Positions 36,363-50,475 are shown, counted from the first letter of the stretch. The stretch is DNA of 64,000 nt from Mobula hypostoma (GCF_963921235.1 NC_086109.1:38132001-38196000); one strand, 5' to 3'. Notes: generated by a model from the letters alone, not told the origin. Made by a program: numbers and translations.

Positions 36363-39079
36363 TCACCAGCAGCCTTACATGAGAATACAAATGTTATTTA
36401 CCATATTTTAAGTACCTGTACCTGATTTCCTTCTTTAAAATGTTTATCTTATGAACATCTTTTTTATAAGCTAATGTAGCCACTGATCTTTGAGATATCA
36501 TCTGCATAATTTACAATAACCACCATGCGTGGGTGATCAAATTCCTTTAAAATCTGTGTAACTGGAAGTAAGGGTTGTGACTGCAAAGGCAGCTTCCCTT
36601 ATTTTCCATTTCACTTCCTGAAACCAACAGTAACCATACAGCAGTGAAATTTCCTAAATGCAAACATAAGTTTAAAAAAAATGTTATTTTAAGGGGTAAA
36701 ATAAAGATAGTAATATTTTGCTAAATGTAATTTAGAAAACACAGCTACCAATATTCTTTTAACACTAAAAGTATTCCCCTGTCTATCTCAAATCAATTGA
36801 TGAAACACATAACTGTTAACATTTCACAAAACTCAACGGGTTAAAAAATAACTGACTAAAACACAAGAGAGGTTAACTTGAACTTAATCACCTTAAAGAA
36901 ATGTCAAATGGTGAATAAGATTAGAGAAGTAAATACATTGTTCAAAGCATTCATGGGACATTGGTACTAGTAGAGAGGTGTTCTATTGGAGCTGACCTGT
37001 GCTGAAACCAATGGGGTCTTGGCAAATCATATAACAAGCATTGTAGATAGGGCTTTAAATTAACTGGGAGCGGGGAGGCCTCCAGGAACAGAGGCTTTTA
37101 TAAATCAGTAGAAAAGAAACTGCATAATTTGATAAGCTAGGGCAGAAGATATAAATGAAAATATGTAAAGTAAAACTAATCCAGGGTTGTAAGTAACTGT
37201 AAACAATGAAGGCACAATGTTCTTTATTTGAATGCACACAGCAATAGCAAGAAAATAGATAGTTTGATTGCACAGATAACAACATATAAGTATGATGTCG
37301 CAGTATTGAGGAAAATTGGTTGCTAGGGACCAGGTTGAGCTGTTCAATCTTCCAAGTTATACACTATTCCAAAAGAACAGGCTGAAGGAAAAATGAGATG
37401 GGATGGTGTTGTTGATCAACAAAGTTACTGGAACAGTGTTAATTGTGATATAAAGGCAGTGGATAGTGAGGAGGAGTGGATTTGGATTGAAATTGTGAAG
37501 GAAAACACCAGTGGGGGTAGTCTATGGGCCTTAATGATGTGATTCCTCAATAGGTGAGAGCATAAGTGGTGAAACATCAAGGACATGTTGAAGGGAATTG
37601 CCATTACGAACTCAAATTTAGTGTGACAACTCCATTTATTTACATTATGCAAAGATCTAATCTAGGCTTACTTTTAATTTGAAAATATTATTTCAAAAGA
37701 GGTTTTGGGACTTTTTAAAGTAGATACCAAAAGCACAAATTATATTGCTTGTTTTATCTGTTTAAAGTATCTGTTTACAATATAGAGCTGTATTTGATTG
37801 GGCCTGCCGCCCACGCTCTCTTCCTGAGCTGGCGCTACCCCCACACCCTGCCATCTACCCAAGCCGGTTCCAGGTCTGTTTAGGTCTGGTCTAACCTCAT
37901 CCAGCTGCATAGTTTCTCAGGATCCTATGGTTTCAGATTTGAAACCATCCACCAGGCAGAAGAGGCCATAAGGAGAAACCACGCTTTCGATAGTATTTGT
38001 GAAACCTTATATCCAGTCCAACCTTCTGCTGTGAAATGCCTTAGTCGTTCAGTGAAGTCCTAAATCATTGCCCACAGATCACAATCAGAACCTTACTGGC
38101 TGTTTATCATATTTCTCTAGATTGTCTTGTTAGCTTGTTATTTTTTTTTACTTGTATTGATATTTCACAAATAATCAAACAGTGTACCTATTCAGTGTAC
38201 CCACAGGATAATCCAATTCCTGGAACTAAAACCACTTACGTAGAGTCTATGCATTAATGTAAAGATTATAATAAGGTTGCAAATGACAACAATTTATTAC
38301 ATGATTAAAACTGCAAAAATGAATATAGGTCCAGAAATCAAGGTAGAGTCAAAAGCTTACAAATATATATGCATGATATATGATATATAGAGACAGACAT
38401 ACTTAGTTTGTTGATCTGTTATGAATGCACTTCTATATTGCTAACTGAATTTTTATGGTTTCATATATCTGAATACAGAATTAGTGCATCTAAAAAGATG
38501 GACGTACAGTCATCTTGTTCAATGGAGGCTTCTATGGTGTGCTTTGGAATAATATAACAATGCAGAATGAAACAAATAGTATATAGCCAGGGTGTAAAGA
38601 CCAGCTTAAATATTCACTCCCACAACTTCAGTGCAAATTTGTTCTTCATCAGAAAGGCTACTCAGCTAGGTTGATTCTGACAGACTGAAACATGAGACAT
38701 TTTATTTGGGAATACAGGAGAGAGAGGAAGAGAGTGGAAAAATAAACAGGGAAATTTTAAATCCTGAGTAAAGAAGATTTGAGCATCTGATTAATTATAT
38801 CAAGATGACACAATTATATACAGAGGGCTGATTGTTAGATATATGCTATATGCAATGGTATAGAAAGTGGGAATATGAGATGGTAATTTTGAAATGATGA
38901 TTAATTTTATATATATATATACATATATACACACACATAACTTAGCCCTAGGTATGTGCTGGAATTATTATTATCTAATACCCTCACTAAAATATCAAAT
39001 CAAAGAAAATCACATTAAAGATGGTTATGTTAACATTAATGGAAGAAATTTCCGTGCTATGATTAATCCTTCTAGGTCC

Positions 39080-41730
39080 ACTTTTGGATCAGCAAATTTG
39101 CTGATGATACAAAGATTGGAGGTGTAGTAGACAGTGAGGAAGGTTTTCAGAGCCTGCAGAGGGACTTGGACCAGCTGGAAAAATGGGCTGAAAAATGGCA
39201 GATGGAGTTTAATACAGACAAGTGTGAGGTATTACACGTTGGAAGGACAAACCAAGGTAGAACATACAGGGTTAATGGTAAGACACTGAGGAGTGCAGTA
39301 GAACAGAGGGATCTGGGAATACAGATACAAAATTCCCTAAAAGTGGCGTCACAAGTAGATAGGGTCGTAAAGAGAGCTTTTGGTACATTGGCCTTTATTC
39401 TTTTCTTTTTAAATCTTTTTATTGAGTAAGTATACAAAAAAGGTAAGCCATATAAACATTAATACAATGTTAAAGTACAATAAAATTCCAAAAGATAACA
39501 ATACCAAAAAGAAAATACTACAAACAATGTAATTTAAGCATAAGAAACCAAGATAACATAATAGTATACTAGATTTTATATATATCAATGGAAAAAAAAA
39601 GAAAAAAGAAAAAAAAAACCCCCCAAAAAAAAACCCACCGTGCAACTACCTAAAAGCAAAGCAAAGCAATGGGCTAAGTTGAAACCAAACAGAGTTAAAC
39701 TTAAAATCACGTCCTCAATCCCGACCTCCATTAAAGCAGTGAAAAAAAAACAAGAAGGGTAAATATTACATTAAATGAAAATATCGAATAAAAGGTCCCC
39801 AAATCTGTTCAAATTTAAATGAAGAATCATAAAGGTTACTTCTAATTTTCTCCAGATTCAAACATAAAATCGTCTGAGAAAACCAAAAAAAGGTAGTTGG
39901 AGCATTAAGCTCTTTCCAATGTTGTAAAATACATCTTTTCGCCATTAAAGTAAGAAATGCAATCATTCTACGGGCTGAAGGGGAAAGATTACTAGAAATT
40001 TTAGGTAATCCAAAGATAGCAGTAATAGGGTGAGGAGAGATATCTATATTTAATACCTTAGAAATAATATTGAAAATATCTCTCCAAAAAGTTTCCAAAG
40101 TAGGGCAAGACCAAAACATATGAGTTAAAGAGGCTATCTGCCCCGAACATCTATCACAGAAAGGATTAATATGCGAGTAAAAACGCGCTAACTTATCTTT
40201 GGACATATGTGCTCTATGAACCACTTTAAATTGAATTAGGGAATGTTTAGCACAAATAGAGGAAGTATTAACTAATTGTAAAATCTGCCCCCAATCATCC
40301 ACAGAAATGGTAAGCCCCAATTCCTGTTCCCAATCTACCCTAATCTTATCAAATGGAGCTTTCCTAAGTTTCATAATAATATTATAAATCATAGCCGATG
40401 CACCTTTCTGACATGGATTAAGGTTAATTATCGAATCTAAAATATATATAGGAGGAAGCATTGGAAAGGAAGAAAGTATAGTACTTAGGAAATTTCTAAC
40501 TTGTAAATATCTAAAAAAATGTATTCTTGATAAGTTATATTTATTAGATAATTGTTCAAAAGACATAAGGGAACCATCTAAAAATAAATCCAAAAACCGT
40601 AAAATACCCTTAGTCTTCCAAGTTTGAAAAGCGCGATCCGTAAAAGAGGGAGGAAAAAATATGTTACCTAAAATAGGAATCGCTAACCCGAATTGATTAA
40701 GATCAAAAAATTTTCTGAATTGAAACCAAATGCGCAAAGCATATTTAACTATCGGGTTAGAGACCTGCTTAAGGCGTTTCGAATCAAAAGGAAGAGAGGA
40801 ACCTAAAATAGAACCAAGTGTATAACCCTGAACAGATTGTAATTCCAATGCTACCCATTTAGGAATAGATAGTATGTCCCGGTCAAGTAACCAAAATTTC
40901 ATATGTCGAATATTAATAGCCCAATAATAAAATCTAAAGTTAGGTAATGCTAAACCTCCATCTCTCTTAGCTTTCTGTAAATGTATTTTACCCAGTCTCG
41001 GATTCTTATTCTGCCAAATAAATGAAGAAATTTTAGAGTCAACTTTATCAAAAAAAGATTTAGGAACGAAAATTGGTAATGCCTGAAACGTTTTTGGTAC
41101 ATTGGCCTTTATTAATCAAAGTATTGAGTATAAGAGTTGTAATGTTATGATGAGGTTGTATAAGGCATTGGTGAGGCCGAATCTGGAGTATTGTGTTCAG
41201 TTTTGGTCACCAAATTACAGGAAGGATATAAATAACGTTGAAAGAGTGCAGAGAAGGTTTACAAGGATGTTGCCAGGACTTGAGAAACTCAGTTACAAAG
41301 AAAGGTTGAATAGGTTAGGACTTTTTTCCCTGGAGCGTAGAAGAATGAGGGGAGATTTGATAGAGGGATATAAAATTATGATGGGTATAGATAGAGTGAA
41401 TGCAAGCAGGCTTTTTCCACTGGGCAAGGGGAGAAAAAAACCAGAGGACATGGGTTAAGGGTGAGAGGGGAAAAGTTTAAAGGGAACATTAGGGGGGGCT
41501 TCTTCACACAGAGTGGTGGGAGTATGGAATGAGCTGCCAGATGAGGTGGTAAATGCGGGTTCTTTTTTAACATTTAAGAATAAATTGGACAGATACATGG
41601 ATGGGAGGTGTATGGAGGGATATGGTCCGTGTGCAGGTCAGTGGGACTAGGCAGAAAATGGTTCGGCACAGCCAAGAAGGGCCAAAAGGCCTGTTTCTGT
41701 GCTGTAGTTTCTATTGTTTCTATGGTTTTA
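39080..41730 (+). mobile_element. CR1 fragment split by an L1 insertion (39080-39399 and 41092-41730)
   Basis: ORFs 39166-39429 and 41102-41458 are consecutive parts of CR1 ORF2. Confidence 0.9.
39400..41091 (-). mobile_element. 5'-truncated L1-clade LINE: ORF2 C-terminus with CCHC motif, 3' UTR, short A-rich tail, 22-bp TSD
   Basis: ORF 39766-40902 (FFRYLQVRNF, IQFKVVHRAH, CDRC..LTHMFWSC) extends upstream through GGLALPNF. AATAAA on the minus strand at 39418-39423. TTTTGGTACATTGGCCTTTATT at 39378-39399 and 41092-41113. Confidence 0.93.
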
Positions 41731-42211
41731 TGTTTTATCATCTTGTAAGTCTTGTGATTATTAAGTCAAACGGTATTTAGAATGTCATCTCAAATGTTGG
41801 GTAAGAAAGGAATGGTTTATATATCCAAGCCCCTTTAAGAGTTGGATAGCATTAGGCTGCTGTTAAGTGGCTTTAAAATACTTGGAAATACTGGAGCAGC
41901 TGGAGGTTACATCTCATACTTAACTGATACTCTTATTGATGACTGAATGTTGCAATTAACTCTCCAGCAGTTGCCCTTCCCCACACTCCGACCAAAACAG
42001 CAACAAGAGAAAAGAAATCTGAAATGAATTTCAGATATTGTCAAACTGCAGAGACAAGGGAGAGTTTATTAGCAAAAATTCTGGACCTAGAAATGGAACT
42101 AGCTTAATCTTGACTCCTCTAACATATAGAATATATTTCTTTCTACTCATACGTTGTTCTTACGTATCAGATTAGATCTTCATCAGAATCAGATATATTA
42201 TCACTCAAATA

Positions 42212-42729
42212 GAGTGCTGAGCAAAAATCTTAGGCACATATGTATAGCTAGAGTGCCCAAGACTTTTGCACAGTACTGTAGCAATTTTATGTATTACACT
42301 GTACTGCTGCCACAGCATGAAAACTAATTTCAAAACATATATGAGTGATGATAAACCTGATTCTGATAAGGGTCTCTGTTGTGAACTCAGGGTGAAAAGG
42401 GGGCAGGGAGAGGGGAATCATGGTTAGGAAAATAGAAAGGGAGAAGGAAGCACTAGAGAGACATTCTGTATTGATCAATAAACCAATTGAGACTGGTGTC
42501 TCAGGGCTGGGTGTTTTTTTACAAGCATCATCCCCTGCTTCTGGCACATCTTCTCTGCCTCCTGTCCTGCACCCCTCCCGTGGCAATCCATCCTCACCAT
42601 TCCCAACATCCTTTACTCCCACCAGATTTACAGACTCACTCTCCCCTCCGTGTGGACAAATACAGTACTATACAAAAGTTTTCAGCACCCTAGCTACATA
42701 AATGTTCCTAAACCATTTGCATAGTACTG
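42212..42729. mobile_element. Composite Tc1-like MITE bounded by two palindromic mini-units, inserted in a Rex1-like tail
   Basis: Units 42212-42278 and 42663-42729 each read CAGTRCTGTGCAAAAGT-like ... TTTGCA.AGTACTG. The host tail (atcactcaaata | tgtcatgaaatttg) is split at a TA. Confidence 0.7.
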
Positions 42730-44490
42730 CATGTCATGAAATTTGTTGCTTTGTGGCAGCAGTAATGTGAAATATACAAAAATTGCTATAAGTTACAATA
42801 AGGTATAAAAAAATAAATATATAGTGCAAAAAGGGAACAAAATAGTGAGGTAATGTGAATGAGTTCATGGACTGTTCTGAAATCTGATGGCAAAGGGAAA
42901 GAAGCTGTTACTAAAATATTGAGTGTTCATCCTTCGGCTCCTGTACCTGCTCCCTGATGGATGCAATGAGAAGTGGGTATGTCCTGGCAGGGGAAGTTCC
43001 TTAATTATGTATGCTATCTCCTTAAGGCACCGCCATTTGAAGATGTCCTTTATCATGGAGAGGATAGTGACTATGATGGAGCTGGTTCAGTCTATAACCT
43101 TCTGCAACTTTTCTTTGATCTTGTGCTTGCACCCTCCATACTTGGTGGTAATGCAACCAGTCAGAACGTCTTATGCAATACATCTGTAGAATTTTGCTCG
43201 AGCCTTTGGTAACGTGCCAGATCTACTCAATCTCCTGCTTGTGTGACTTCTTTGTGATTGCATCAATATGTTAGGCTCAATATCCTCCTCGCTGACGATC
43301 AACACTGGAGCATCTCAGGGGTGTATGATTAGCCCACAGCTCTACTCGCTATATACATGTGACTGTGTGGATAGGCATAGCTCAAATACCATCTATAAAT
43401 TTGCTGATGATACAGCCAATGTTGGTAGAATCTCAGGTGGTGATGAGAGGCTGTACAGCAGTGAGATATGCCAACTAGTAGAGTGGTGCATTAGCAACAG
43501 CCTGGCACTCAACTTCAGTAAGACGAAAGAGCTGATTGTGGACTTCAGGAAGAGTAAGACGAAGGAACACATACCAATCCTCATAGAGGGATTAGAAGTG
43601 GAGAGAGTGAGCAGTTTCAAGTTCCTGGGTGTCAAGATCTCTGAGGATCTGACCTGGTCACAGCCTAGCAATGTAGTTATGAAGAAGGCAAGACAGCAGC
43701 TATACTTTATTGGGAGCTTGAAGAGATTTGGCATGTCAACAAGTACACTCAAAAACTTCGATAGTTGTACCGCAGAGAGCATTCTGACAGGCTGCATCAC
43801 CGTCTGGTATGGGGGGCAGGGGGGAGCTACTGCACAGGACTGAAAGAAGCTGCAGAAGGTTGTAAATCTAGTCAGCTCCATCTTGGGTACTAGCCTACAA
43901 AGTACCCAGGACATCTTCAGGGAGTGGTGTCTCAGAAAGTTAGCTTCCATTATTAAGGACCTCCAGCATCCAGGGCATGCCCTTTTCTCACTGTTACCAT
44001 CAGGTAGGAGGTACAGAGGCCTGAAGGCACACACTCAGCGATTCAGAAACAGCTTCTTCCCCTCTGTCATCTGATTCCCAAATGGACATTGAACCCTTCG
44101 ACGCTACCTCACTTTTTTTAATACATAGTATTTCTGTTTTTGTTCTTTTTAAAATCTACTCAATATACATATACCGTAATTGATTTAATTATTATTTTTT
44201 CCCTCTGCTAGATTATGTATTGTATTGAACTGCTGCTGCTAAGTCAACAAATTTCACATCACATGCCGGTGATAATTAACCTCATTCTGATTCAGTATAA
44301 ATCCTCTGAGATGCCGATGCCCAGGAATTTGAAAATGCTCAACCTCGATGAGGACTGGTGTGTGTTCTTCCAACTTCCCCTTCCTGAAGCCCTCAATCAG
44401 TTGCTTGGTCTTATTGACATTGATTGTTGTTGTGACACCGCTCAATTAGACAATCCACCTCATACCTGTACACCTCCTCGTCACCATCGC
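42730..44490 (-). mobile_element. Old minus-strand Rex1-like LINE, interrupted by a plus-strand copy
   Basis: ORF 42865-43056 (HFSLHPSGSRYRS..FSNSFFPFAIR). The minus-strand sequence resumes at ~44300. Confidence 0.65.
43266..44292 (+). mobile_element. Rex1/Babar-like LINE 3' fragment (RT C-terminal half)
   Basis: ORF 43268-43843 has NTGASQGCMISPQLYSLYT, KFADDT, SKTKELIVDFRK and FKFLGV; tail ctcattctgattc. Confidence 0.88.
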
Positions 44491-45669
44491 AAACATTCTC
44501 TCTTCTAAGAAAAAAAGTAGATTAAATAAATTTCTGTTTGCTTCTTCCAAAATGTTTCAAGATGCTCATTGCTGTATTATTCTATCAATCATATTTTATT
44601 ATAAATTTCAATGCCAATTCTTTCCTCGCTATGCAATTATCCCAATAACATTGCACTTCCTCATTTCCTTTTTGTTACAAATAGCACCTTTTTATCGAAT
44701 GAGCAGATTTTCAGCAACGGGGGTGGGGGGGCATCAATTTGGTGAGTATGCAGGTGGATTATAATACTGTATTATAACCATAACCCTAATACAGTAATAT
44801 CACAAACAATGCTTTGACAGGATGGCCCATTTGTGAAGTTACCTCCAGCTGTTCTTTTATGGTGATATCAAGGATGTACTTTAAGTAAACAAGACATACA
44901 AAATAAAGGATAATGAATGGCAGGTGAAAGATTTCAGATTGTTTTGGTTGTTGAAGCAAAATGTTCCTGATTCATATCATGAGCTGGCATCTGATCAAAT
45001 TCAAAATGATTTACCAGTTTCAATCGGTGTTGTAGATGTTCCCATTTTTCATGTATTTGGCACATTCAGATTCTTGTGGTTCTCAGTTAGTCTGCCATAT
45101 CAAATTGCTTTAGGCTGTAGACAGCTAGTTGACTTAGTTTGCAAATCAGTAAATTAAAATTCCTAAAGCAAGACCACAGCAACTTAAATCAGGTTGACTT
45201 ACTTTCGCTGTTGTCACTCTTCGGACATGATACCAACTGGCTGCATCATCAGATCAACAAATCTACACAGAATTCCATTATGAAGGAAAGAAAATCAATA
45301 TTTATAGGATCTTTCGTATCTTAATAACATTGCAAAGAGCTAATAAGCAAGTGCTATTTAGAAGGAACTTTGTAATATATGCACAATAAGATCTAATAAA
45401 AAGCAACAAAACAAAAAAAAGCAGACATTGGACAAGGTACTGCGTAGGTGCTAGAAAGTTTAGGAAAGGGTTGGTTATAAGTTTTCTGACCACGTCTGTC
45501 ACTGGATTTTGGAGATCAATGATAGAGTATTAAAGTGCATCAAAACCCAGCACATAGAGTAAAATCCAGTCGCCCCAGTGAAAAGAGTTGAACCAGTCTG
45601 GCTATTCTCCTCTGACCCCTCTCATTAGCAAGGCAAACTCCCCCTCTGCTCCCTGGATGTTATTTTTTT

Positions 45670-45937
45670 TGCTTTTCACACCAATTCTCTGGAAAGTCTA
45701 GAGATTGTTGTGCTTAAAATTCCCAGGAGATCAGCAGTTTCTGAAATAATTAAACTACCTCATATGTCACCAACAATGTCAAAGTCATTTAGATCACATT
45801 TTTCCCCCATTCTGATGTTTGGTCTGAACAACAATTGAGCCCCTTGACCATGCATGCATGCTTGTATGTATTGAGTTGCTGCCATATGATTGGCTGGTTA
45901 GATATTTGCATTAGCTAATAAAATGGCGTTGAATGTA
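45670..45937. mobile_element. Fragment of a non-autonomous Tc1-like DNA transposon
   Basis: aaaattcccaggagatcagcagtttctga...gattggctggttagatatttgc and the end ctaataaaatggcgttgaatgTA resemble fish Tc1-like non-autonomous elements (recalled, not searched). Confidence 0.5.
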
Positions 45938-46299
45938 AGTGCATGATTAACGTACAAAAATAGCACAAGCAATATGTTTCATAGCCTATTGTCCAAAAAT
46001 GCTCATTTCTAACTACACAAAAGTACTTAATTCAGAAAGGTCATTCTCATTACAAAACCAGAGGTAAAGAGCCAAATTGATATGCAAGATGTCTCATATT
46101 TCTGTAAATAGGATTGGACAGGAAGGTCAAATTTCCCATCAAGATTGATTATCCTGGACTGTACAAAGGGAAGGTCAGGGTGTTATTATTGATAACTGCT
46201 GCATTCTTCACCTTCAAGTTAACAAAACAGCAACAAGTGTTTGGCAGAATTTAAAAATGCCTCTGTGGTAGCTTGTTCCAGTCGGTGATATCACATAGG

Positions 46300-46667
46300 A
46301 TCCAGGGTGAACTAGCCAGATGGATACAAAATTCACTTGGTGAAAGGAGATAGAGGATGATAGTAGGGAATGTCTTTTCAGAATGGAAGTTTGTGAGCAT
46401 TCCTGTGCCACAGGGATCAATGTTGTGTCCCTGTTTTTTGTCATATCATTGTCCCATGTATCAATGATACGGAAGATATTCTGGTTTTAGGTTGACACTC
46501 AACTGGTGATGCCGTGTACAGTGAAGAAGCAGTTCGAAGGTTTAAGCCAGATCTAGATTCATTCAAAAAGTGGACAAAGGAATGGCAGATGGATTTTAAC
46601 TCAGACAACTGCAAAGTGATATATTTTGAGAAGTTAAACCAGGGCAGGACTTACATTGTAAACATCA
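46300..46667 (+). mobile_element. Highly degenerate CR1 RT fragment
   Basis: ORF 46514 KKWTKEWQMDFNSDNCKVIYF. Confidence 0.65.
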
Positions 46668-47352
46668 AGATCTCCTCCCTCACCTCCATTCAGGGCTCCA
46701 AACAGTCCTTTGAGGTGAGGCAACACTTTACCTGACCATCTGCTGAGGTCATCTATTGTGGCCAATGCTCCCGATGAGGCCTCATCTACACTGGTGAGAC
46801 CCATCGTAAATTGGGGGACCGCTTCATCAAACATCTCAGCTCCATCTGCCACAACTTCCCAGTGGCCAAACATTTTAATTCTGATTCCCAGTGTCATTCT
46901 GACATGTCAGTCCATGGCCTCCTCTTGTGCCAAGATGAAGCAACTCTCAGGGTGGAGGAGCAACACCTCTTATTCCATCTGGGTAGCATCTAATCAGATG
47001 ACCTGAATTTGTCCTATCGTTAAAACAAATTTCCTCCCTCCCCTGCCCTTCCCCAATCTGAACTTTTATCTATTACTTCCCCCCGGGTTCCCTCCTCCTT
47101 CCCTTTCTCCTATGGTTCACTCTCCTCAACTATCATATTCCTTCTTCTCTAGCCCTTGATCTTTTCCACTCACCTGGCTTCACCTATCACCTTCCAGCTA
47201 GCCTCCTTCCCCTCCCCCTACTTTTTATTCTGTAATCTTCCCCATTCCTTCTCAATCCTCAAGAAAGGATTCAGCCTGAAACATCCTGCTGAGTTCCTCC
47301 TGCATTTTGTGCGTTGATCTGGATTCTTATTATCTACAGACTTTCTCACGTT
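46668..47352 (+). mobile_element. Older Penelope-like 3' fragment
   Basis: SIQGSKQSFEVRQHFT and VAKHFNS..EEQHLLFHLGS; decayed hammerhead at ~47255-47285. Confidence 0.8.
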
Positions 47353-47885
47353 TAGATTATGAAGACACATAGTCCCCTTTTATTGTCATTTAGTAATGCA
47401 TGCATTAAGAAATGATACATTATTTCCTCTGGGGTGATATCACAAAACACAGGACAAACCAAGACTGAAAAAACTGACAAAACCACATAATTATACGGAT
47501 AGTTACAACAGTGCACAATACCATAACTTGATAAAGAAAGTCCGTGAACACAGTAAAGTTCAAAGTTTATCAAATGTCCCACATCTCACGCAGTCGGGAG
47601 AGGGAAGAAAAACTCTCCCTGCCATGCCGACCACAATCCGACTCTGAGTCATCTGAAAACTTCAAGCTCTGGTCAGCTCTCCAACACCGAGTACTGAGCG
47701 CCATCTCTGTCCGAGCGATTCGACCTCTTTCTCGGTCAGCAAAAGCAGGCAAGGCCGGGGATTTTGAGGCCTACCCTCTGAAAGATTCCCGACCACACAG
47801 TAACGACAGCTGCGGACAGGCGTTTCAGAAATTTCTCCAGATGTTCCTCTGTGCTTTCACGTCCATTCTCCAACAAATCAGAATT
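47353..47885 (-). repeat. Interspersed non-coding repeat, same family as 62945-63620
   Basis: Long colinear similarity between the two copies (tagattatga.gacac..agtcc...ttattgtcatttag.aatgcatgca; tttcagaa.tttctccagatgttcctc). Confidence 0.75.
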
Positions 47886-48044
47886 TAAGGTAAAAGTTTT
47901 AGTTTTTAAAAAATGTTCATTTGATTACTGCATCATTGTATCTACAATGTTACTGTAGAGATCAGATTTGGCATCCATCTAAATTGAAACTTCATTATCA
48001 CTGACTGCATTGCTCTCTTATGATAAGATGTATGTACATATATG

Positions 48045-48287
48045 CATTTATTTATTTAGATGCATAGTGTGAAAACAGTCCTTGCAGCGCAATGAGCCCA
48101 CTTATAACGATGTGAACAATTAACCTACTTACCCATATTTCTTTGGAATGTCCGAGGAAGTCCAGCACACGAAGGAGTCCCACCCGCACATGCGGAAAAC
48201 ATACCAACTCCTTACAGACAGCGGTAGGAATTGAACTCATGATGCTGGTGCTGTGATAACATTACTCTAGCTGCTATGCTACCATGT
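48045..48287 (-). mobile_element. tRNA-derived V-SINE
   Basis: Minus-strand B box GAGTTCAATTCC, V-domain-like core and (TAAA)n tail. Confidence 0.7.
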
Positions 48288-48364
48288 TCCTCATGGTAGG
48301 ATATTCCATTGTCTGACCATTCATAGTAAAAAACAAGATTCTCTGCAATTCCCTTTTGGACTCA

Positions 48365-50475
48365 GAAACATAGAAAACCTACAACACAACACAGGCCCTT
48401 TGGCCCACAATGCTGTGCCAAACATGTACTTACTTTAGAAATTGCATAGGGTTACCCATAGCCCTCTATTTTTCTAAGCTCCATGTACCTATCCAGGAGT
48501 CTCTTAAAAGACGTTATTGTATTCGCCTCCACCACCATCGCCGGCAGCCCATTCCACACACTCACCACTCTCTGCATAAAAAAAACTTAGCCCTGACATT
48601 CCCTCTGTACCTACTTCCAAACACCTTAGAACTGTTCCTTCTCATGTTTGCCATTTCAGCTCTGGGAAAAAGCCTCTGACTATCCACATGATCAATGCCT
48701 CTCATCATCTTATGCACCTCTATCAGGTCACCTCTCATCCTCCATTGCTCCAAGGAGAAAAGGCCAAGTTCACTCAACCTATTCTCGAAGTCATGCTCCC
48801 CAATCCAGGCAATATACTTGTAAATCTCCTCTGCACCCTTTCTATAGTTTCCGCATCCTTCCTGTAGTGAGGTGACCAGAACTGAGTGCAGTACTCCAAG
48901 TGTGGTCTGACTGGGGTCCTATATAGCTGTAACATTACCTCTCAGCTCTTGAAGTCAATTCCACAGTTGATGAAGGCCAATGCACCATATGCCTCCTTAA
49001 ACACACAGTCAACCTGCATAGCACCTTTGAGTGTTCTATGGACATGGCCCCCAAGATCCCTCTGATCCTCCACACTGCCAAGAATCTTACCATTAATATT
49101 ATATTCTGCCATAATATTTGACCAAAATGAATCACTTCACACTTATCTGAGTTCAACTCCATCTTTCACTTCTCAGCCCAGTTTTGCATCCTATCAATGT
49201 CCCTCTGTAATCTCTGACAGCCCTCCACACTATCCACAACACCCCCAACCTTTGTGTCATTAGCAAATTTACTAACCCATCCCTCCACTTCCCCATCCAG
49301 GCCATTTATAAAAATCATGAAGAGAAGGGGTCCCAGAATGGATCCCTGAAGCACACCACTGGTCAACAAGCTCCGTGCAGAATATGACCCATGTACAACC
49401 ACTCTTCTGTGGGCAAGCCAGTTCTGGATCCACAAAGCAATGTCCCCTTGGATCCCATTCCTCTTCACTTTCTCAATAGGCCTGGCATGAGGTACTTTAT
49501 CAAATGACTTGCTGAAATTGATATACACTACATCTACTGCTCTACCTTCATCAATGTGTTTAATTACATCCTCAAAAAATTCAATCAGGCTCATAAGGCA
49601 CGACCTGCCTTTGACAAAACCATGCTGACTATTCCTAATCATATTATACCTCTTCCAAATGTTCGTAAATCCTGCCTCTCAGGATCTTCTCCATCAATTT
49701 ACTATTACTGAAGTAAGACTCATTGGTCTATAATTTCCTGAGCTATCTCTACTCCCTTTCTTGAATAAGGGAACAACATTTGCAACCCTCCAATCCTCCA
49801 GAACATCTCCCATCCCCAGCGATGATGCAAAGATCATTGCCAGAGGCTCAGCAATCTCCTCCTTCACCATACATCTTGTCCAGTCCCAGTGACTTATCCA
49901 ACTTGATGCTTTCCAAAATCTCCAGCTCATCGTCTTTCTTAATGTCTATATGCTCAAGCTTTTCAGTCTGCTGTAAGTCATCCCTACAATCACCAAGGTC
50001 CTTTTCTGTAGTGAATACTGAAGCAAAGTATTCTCCACTATCTCCTCAAAGTACCTCTACTATCTCCTCCAGTTCCATACACACTTTTCCTTTGTCATAC
50101 TTGATTGGTCCTATTCTCTCACGTCTTATCCTCTTGCCCTTCACATACTTGTAGAATGCCTTGGGGTTTTCCTTAATCCTGCTCACCAAAGCCTTTTCAT
50201 GGCCCCTTTTGGCTCTCCTAATTTCCTTCTTAAGCTCCTTCCTGCTACTCTAATAATCTTCTAGATCTGTATCAGTACCTAGTTTTTTGAACCTTTCGTA
50301 AATTTTATTTTTCTTCTTGACTAGATTTTCAACAGCATTTGTTACACCATGGCTGTACCTTACCATCCTTTACCTGTCTCATTGGAACGTACCTATGCAG
50401 AATACCATGCAAATATCCCCTGAACATTTACCACATTTCTGCCGTACATTTCCCTGAGAGCATCTGTTCCCAATT
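48365..50475 (-). mobile_element. CR1 LINE, 5'-truncated and frameshifted
   Basis: ORFs 49694-49930 (DWRVANVVPLFKKG..GNYRP), 49166-49642 (SQHGFVKGRSC), 48935-49162 and 48562-48777. Confidence 0.93.
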
